Assembly (NCBI GenBank): GCA_965262725.1
Contig: OZ253555.1
Location: 544,001-608,000, forward strand
Source of the DNA: Dehalococcoidia bacterium
Lineage (GTDB): Bacteria; Chloroflexota; Dehalococcoidia; UBA2979
Reading direction: 5' to 3'
Length of the DNA: 64,000 nt
In this document: piece after piece, positions 60,094-64,000 of the stretch
How positions within the stretch are numbered: the stretch's first letter is position 1
How the letters are laid out: each line of letters opens with the position of its first letter
The notes under the pieces: model-generated
What the model saw: only the letters and a program-made list of their open reading frames with translations
Told to the model about the DNA's origin: nothing
Databases searched by the model: none
Made by a program: the position numbers and the translations under genes

Positions 60094-60707
60094 TGGGTCG
60101 AGGTCGAGGTGGTGGCCGCGATCGCGGACCCCGACGCGACCGACGCGACGATGGCGACGAGCTCATCGAGAAGGTCGTCGACATTAACCGGGTGGCGAAG
60201 GTGGTCAAGGGCGGCCGGCGCTTCTCCTTCACCGCCATCGTTGTCGTCGGCGATGGCAAGGGACGCGTCGGATTCGGATTCGGCCGCGCCAACGAGGTTC
60301 CGGAGGCGATTCGCAAGGGCGGCGTGATCGCGCGGCGTTCGATGTTCCCGGTCGCGATGCGCGGCTCCACCATCGCGCACGATCAGCTCGCGGTGTTCAA
60401 GGCGTCGAAGGTCGTGCTCCGGTCCGCCTCGCCGGGGACCGGCCTCATCGCGGGCGGCCCGGCACGGGCGGTGCTGGAGGCGGCGGGCGTCTCCGACGTC
60501 CTGACGAAGTCGCTCGGCTCGAACAACCCCGTCAATGTCGTGCGCGCCACGATCGAGGGGCTGCGCGCGCTAAGGCACCCCGAGCAGGTCGTCGCCCGCC
60601 GCCACCGCCTCGCGGAGGAGCAGGCGATACACGTTGCGCAGCAGCACGCGCGCCAGGAACGAGCCAGCGCGGCGGCGGCCGCGGCGGCGGCCGGGGCGGG
60701 AGCGTAG
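60093..60707 (+). CDS. rpsE: 30S ribosomal protein S5
   Basis: [31 protein letters not shown]. Confidence 0.97.
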   Translation: MGRGRGGGRDRGPRRDRRDDGDELIEKVVDINRVAKVVKGGRRFSFTAIVVVGDGKGRVGFGFGRANEVPEAIRKGGVIARRSMFPVAMRGSTIAHDQLAVFKASKVVLRSASPGTGLIAGGPARAVLEAAGVSDVLTKSLGSNNPVNVVRATIEGLRALRHPEQVVARRHRLAEEQAIHVAQQHARQERASAAAAAAAAGAGA

Positions 60708-60709
60708 TC

Positions 60710-60892
60710 GTGGCGCGTATCCGCATCACCTGGGAGCGCTCCGCCATCGGGCGGCCCGCAGACCAGGGGCAGACGATCCGCCGCCTGGGGCTGCACCGGC
60801 TCCATGAGACCGTGGAGCACGAGGACACGCCGCAGGTGCTCGGCATGGCGCACAAGGTCCGGCACCTCGTGCGTGTGGAGGAGGTCCGCTGA
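60710..60892 (+). CDS. rpmD: 50S ribosomal protein L30
   Basis: RS.IG, T...LGL, GM..KV.HLV. Confidence 0.94.
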   Translation: MARIRITWERSAIGRPADQGQTIRRLGLHRLHETVEHEDTPQVLGMAHKVRHLVRVEEVR

Positions 60893-61407
60893 TGGACCCG
60901 CATACGCTACGCCAGCCGCCGGGCGCCAAGCGCCCCAGGAAGCGACGCGGCCGGGGCGACGGGTCGGGGACCGGCACCTACTCCGGTCGCGGGGTCAAGG
61001 GACAGAAGGCGCGCGGCAAGGTTCCCGCGAGCTTCGAGGGCGGGCAGATGCCGCTCGTCCGGCGGCTCGGCCACCGTCGCGGCTTCCGCAACCCCACCCG
61101 CATCGAGTTCCAGGCGGTGAACGTCGGGGATCTCGCGGCCCGCTTCGAGCCCGGTGCGACCGTCGACGCGGCCGCCCTCGCCGCCGCGCGCCTCATCGAC
61201 GACGACGCGACGCCGTTCAAGGTCCTGGCGCGCGGCGAGCTGGATCGCTCTCTCACCGTCGTGGCGCCCCGGCTCTCCGCCTCCGCCAAGGTGGCGATCG
61301 AGGGCGCCGGCGGCCGGTGGGAAGAGCTCGCTCCGGCACTGCACCGCGTCCGGAACCGCAAGCACCGCCGCGACGCCGCGGCCGCCAATCCTCCGGGGGG
61401 CGCCTAG
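60892..61407 (+). CDS. rplO: 50S ribosomal protein L15
   Basis: GRGDGSG.G..SGRG.KGQKAR, FEGGQMPL.RR. Confidence 0.96.
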   Translation: MDPHTLRQPPGAKRPRKRRGRGDGSGTGTYSGRGVKGQKARGKVPASFEGGQMPLVRRLGHRRGFRNPTRIEFQAVNVGDLAARFEPGATVDAAALAAARLIDDDATPFKVLARGELDRSLTVVAPRLSASAKVAIEGAGGRWEELAPALHRVRNRKHRRDAAAANPPGGA

Positions 61408-61410
61408 CCG

Positions 61411-62742
61411 ATGGCGCAGGCGCAGGGCGCGAGCCCCCGGTTACTCGAGGCCGCGCTGGAGGCGTTCCAGCAGCCCGACGTGCGGAAGAAGATCCTCTTC
61501 ACGCTCGCGATGCTGCTGATCTTCCGCTTCGTCGCTCACGTGCCCGTCCCCGGTGTCGACGCCGACACGCTTCAGGACACCTTCGACAACAACGCGATCC
61601 TCGGATTCCTGAACATCTTCTCGGGCGGTGCGCTGCAGAACCTCTCGGTGGCAGCGCTGGGCGTCTACCCGTTCATCACCGCGACGATCGTCATGCAGCT
61701 CGCGCAGCCGCTGGTGCCGCGACTCGCCGCCCTCGCGCGCGAGGGTGAGGCCGGCCGCAACAAGATCCAGCTCTACACGCACTGGCTCACGGTGCCGTTG
61801 GCGGCCTTCCAGGGGTACGCACAGCTCCTGCTGATTCAGCAGCTCGGCGGCGTCAGCGGTATCGGCTTCACCGGGGGCGCGGCGCTCCCGACGGTCGCGA
61901 CGCTCGCCTCCCTGATAGCGGGCACGATGTTCCTGGTCTGGCTCGGCGAGCGCATCTCGGAGAACGGCGTCGGCAACGGCGTCTCGCTGATCATCTTCGG
62001 CGGGATCGTCGCCGGGCTCCCCGGGATCGTCGGCCGCGGCGTCCTGACCGGGACGGGCGCGGCCATCGGCGGCATCCTCCTGCTCGCCGTGGTGACCGTG
62101 CTCATCGTCGGCTTCATCGTGATCTTCCAGGAGGCACAGCGGCGCATCCCGGTCCAGTATGCGCGGTCGAGCATTCGCGGGGGGCGGCTCTACCGCCAGC
62201 AGGGGCAATCGTTCATCCCGCTGCGGGTGAACAGCGCCGGGATGATCCCGCTCATCTTCGCCTTCTCGATCATGATCTTCCCACCGGTCGCCGCGCAGTT
62301 CCTGGCGGAGACGGCCGACGTCGCGTGGATCGTCGGCGTCGCCCGCTTCTTCGAGACCGCCCTCTCGCCGACGGGGCCCCTCTACTGGGGGCTGGTGTTC
62401 GTGATGGTGGTGCTCTTCGCCTTCTTCTACACGATGGTGATCTTCCAGCAGCAGAACCTGGCGGAGAACCTGCAGCGGCAGGGTGGATTCATACCGGGGA
62501 TCCGGCCTGGTCGGCCGACGCAGGAGTACATCACGCGCGTCCTGATTCGGATCACGTGGGGCGGCGCCATCTTCCTGGGCATCGTCGCCGTGCTGCCGTT
62601 CTTCGCGACCCGCCTGACCAACGTGCAGGCGCTGCAGATCAGCGCGGCGGGGCTCCTCATCGTGGTGGGGGTCGTGATCGACACCATGCGCCAGATCGAG
62701 GCGCAGATGATGATGCGTAACTACGAGGGGTTCATCTCCTGA
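61411..62742 (+). CDS. secY: preprotein translocase subunit SecY
   Basis: ALGV.P.ITA.I, GNG.SL.IF, RRIPVQY, IPGIRPG. Confidence 0.97.
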   Translation: MAQAQGASPRLLEAALEAFQQPDVRKKILFTLAMLLIFRFVAHVPVPGVDADTLQDTFDNNAILGFLNIFSGGALQNLSVAALGVYPFITATIVMQLAQPLVPRLAALAREGEAGRNKIQLYTHWLTVPLAAFQGYAQLLLIQQLGGVSGIGFTGGAALPTVATLASLIAGTMFLVWLGERISENGVGNGVSLIIFGGIVAGLPGIVGRGVLTGTGAAIGGILLLAVVTVLIVGFIVIFQEAQRRIPVQYARSSIRGGRLYRQQGQSFIPLRVNSAGMIPLIFAFSIMIFPPVAAQFLAETADVAWIVGVARFFETALSPTGPLYWGLVFVMVVLFAFFYTMVIFQQQNLAENLQRQGGFIPGIRPGRPTQEYITRVLIRITWGGAIFLGIVAVLPFFATRLTNVQALQISAAGLLIVVGVVIDTMRQIEAQMMMRNYEGFIS

Positions 62743-63329
62743 TGCGCGTCGTGATTCTCGGGCTGATCGGGGCGGGCAAGGGGACGCAGGCGGCGTGCGT
62801 CGCCGAGGAACGCGGCATCGTCCACATCTCGACGGGCGACATGTTCCGCGCGGCGGCGGCTGCGGGGACCGAGCTCGGCCTGCGCGCCCGGGGGCACATG
62901 GAACGCGGCGAGCTGGTGCCCGATGAGGTCACCATCGGCATGCTCCTGGAACGCATCGCCGAGCCCGACGCGGAGGGGGGCTTCATCCTCGATGGCTTCC
63001 CGCGCACGGACGCCCAGGCGGAGGCGCTCTCGCGGGCGCTCAGCGAGCGGGGCCTCGGCGTGGACGTCGTGCCCCGCATCGAGGTGCCGCACGAGGAACT
63101 TCTTGCGCGCATCGCGAAGCGGGCGGAGCTGGAGGGCCGCTCCGACGACCGGCCGGAGGTGGTAGCGGAGCGGGTGAGGCTGCAGCGCGCGGGACTCGAG
63201 GACGTCGCCCGCTTCTACGATTCGCTCGGCGTGCTGGTCGACGTCGACGGCGTCGGATCCGTCGACGAGGTCACGACGCGGCTCAGGGAGGCACTGGATC
63301 AGGTGTCCTCACGCTCGGAAACGGCGTAA
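62742..63329 (+). CDS. adk: adenylate kinase (short LID)
   Basis: G..GAGKGT, HISTGDMFR, LDGFPR. Confidence 0.95.
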   Translation: MRVVILGLIGAGKGTQAACVAEERGIVHISTGDMFRAAAAAGTELGLRARGHMERGELVPDEVTIGMLLERIAEPDAEGGFILDGFPRTDAQAEALSRALSERGLGVDVVPRIEVPHEELLARIAKRAELEGRSDDRPEVVAERVRLQRAGLEDVARFYDSLGVLVDVDGVGSVDEVTTRLREALDQVSSRSETA

Positions 63330-63337
63330 CATATCTG

Positions 63338-64000
63338 ATGTCTGTCGTCATCAAGTCCAGTGACGAGCTGGAGCGCATGCGGCAGTCCGGCCGGATCAAC
63401 GCGGAGGTCCGCGCCGCGCTGGTCGATGCGGTGCGGCCTGGCGTCACCGGTCTCGAGCTCGACGCGCTCGCGCGCCGGGAGATCTCGGCGCGGGGGGCGG
63501 TGCCCACGTTCCCGGGCTACGCGCCGGGCGGGCGCCCGCCCTATCCGGGGGCGATCTGCTTCTCCGTGAACGAGGAGCTGGTGCACGGGATCCCGAGTGA
63601 TCGCGTGCTGAGGGAGGGTGACATCGTCAGTATCGATCTCGGTGTCACCTACCGGGGTTTCGTCTCCGATGCCGCCTTCACGGTCGCCGTGGGGGCATCG
63701 AGCGCGGAGGCGGATCGCCTGCTAGACACAACGGAGGCGGCGCTGGAGTCCGGAATCCGGGCGGCGCGCGCGGGAGCGCGCGTCGGCGACATCGCGCACG
63801 CGATCGGATCGTGCGCGAACGGGTACGGCATCATCGCCGAGTACGGCGGGCACGGCGTCGGCCGTCAGATGCACGAGGAGCCGCACGTGCCCAACAAGGG
63901 CCGTCCCGGCCGGGGGCTTCGCCTCAAGCCGGGGATGGTGCTGGCGCTCGAGCCGATGTTCTGCGCGGGCCATCCCGCCACGGTGGAGCTCGCCGATCGG
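63338..64000 (+). CDS. map: methionine aminopeptidase type I (runs off the window end)
   Basis: MSVVIKS..E...MR, SVNEELVHGIP, D..SID, GHGVG..MHEEP, LEPM. Confidence 0.95.
   Translation, partial: MSVVIKSSDELERMRQSGRINAEVRAALVDAVRPGVTGLELDALARREISARGAVPTFPGYAPGGRPPYPGAICFSVNEELVHGIPSDRVLREGDIVSIDLGVTYRGFVSDAAFTVAVGASSAEADRLLDTTEAALESGIRAARAGARVGDIAHAIGSCANGYGIIAEYGGHGVGRQMHEEPHVPNKGRPGRGLRLKPGMVLALEPMFCAGHPATVELADR

Noticed and set aside
1-64000. tRNA or rRNA genes
   Set aside because: None recognised by eye; tRNAscan-SE was not run

Overview
High-GC bacterial chromosome window. The Bacillus-type S12 insertion, the DnaD plus double-AAA loader, a b6-type Rieske/cyt b operon and FadE-like acyl-CoA dehydrogenase suggest Chloroflexota, probably Dehalococcoidia (inference). 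Most of it is housekeeping: pur genes, a Rieske/cyt b operon, rplI-dnaB, glyA, rpsF-ssb-rpsR, hom/thrC/folE, and the str-S10-spc ribosomal cluster up to map. The exception is a three-level nested mobile element at 4339-9314. (1) An IS630 element (4341-9312, TA duplication, imperfect terminal inverted repeats) has its transposase interrupted near the C-terminus by an antisense group II intron (4384-8181). (2) That intron's RT/maturase ORF is split at the conserved FESIP^H motif by two apparently identical, head-to-tail, 862-bp ORF-less group II introns (5500-6361, 6362-7223). (3) The inner introns are relatives of the host intron with putative EBS1/EBS2/EBS3 changed to match the host's RT gene. 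Removing the layers in silico restores a 445-aa RT and a 364-aa transposase exactly in frame. Other points of note: three microproteins below the ORF-track cutoff around the Rieske/cyt b operon, repeat tails on several ribosomal proteins (about 160 aa on S6), a CX8C-type S14, a codon-usage anomaly in tuf, and an mshA/PIG-L pair.
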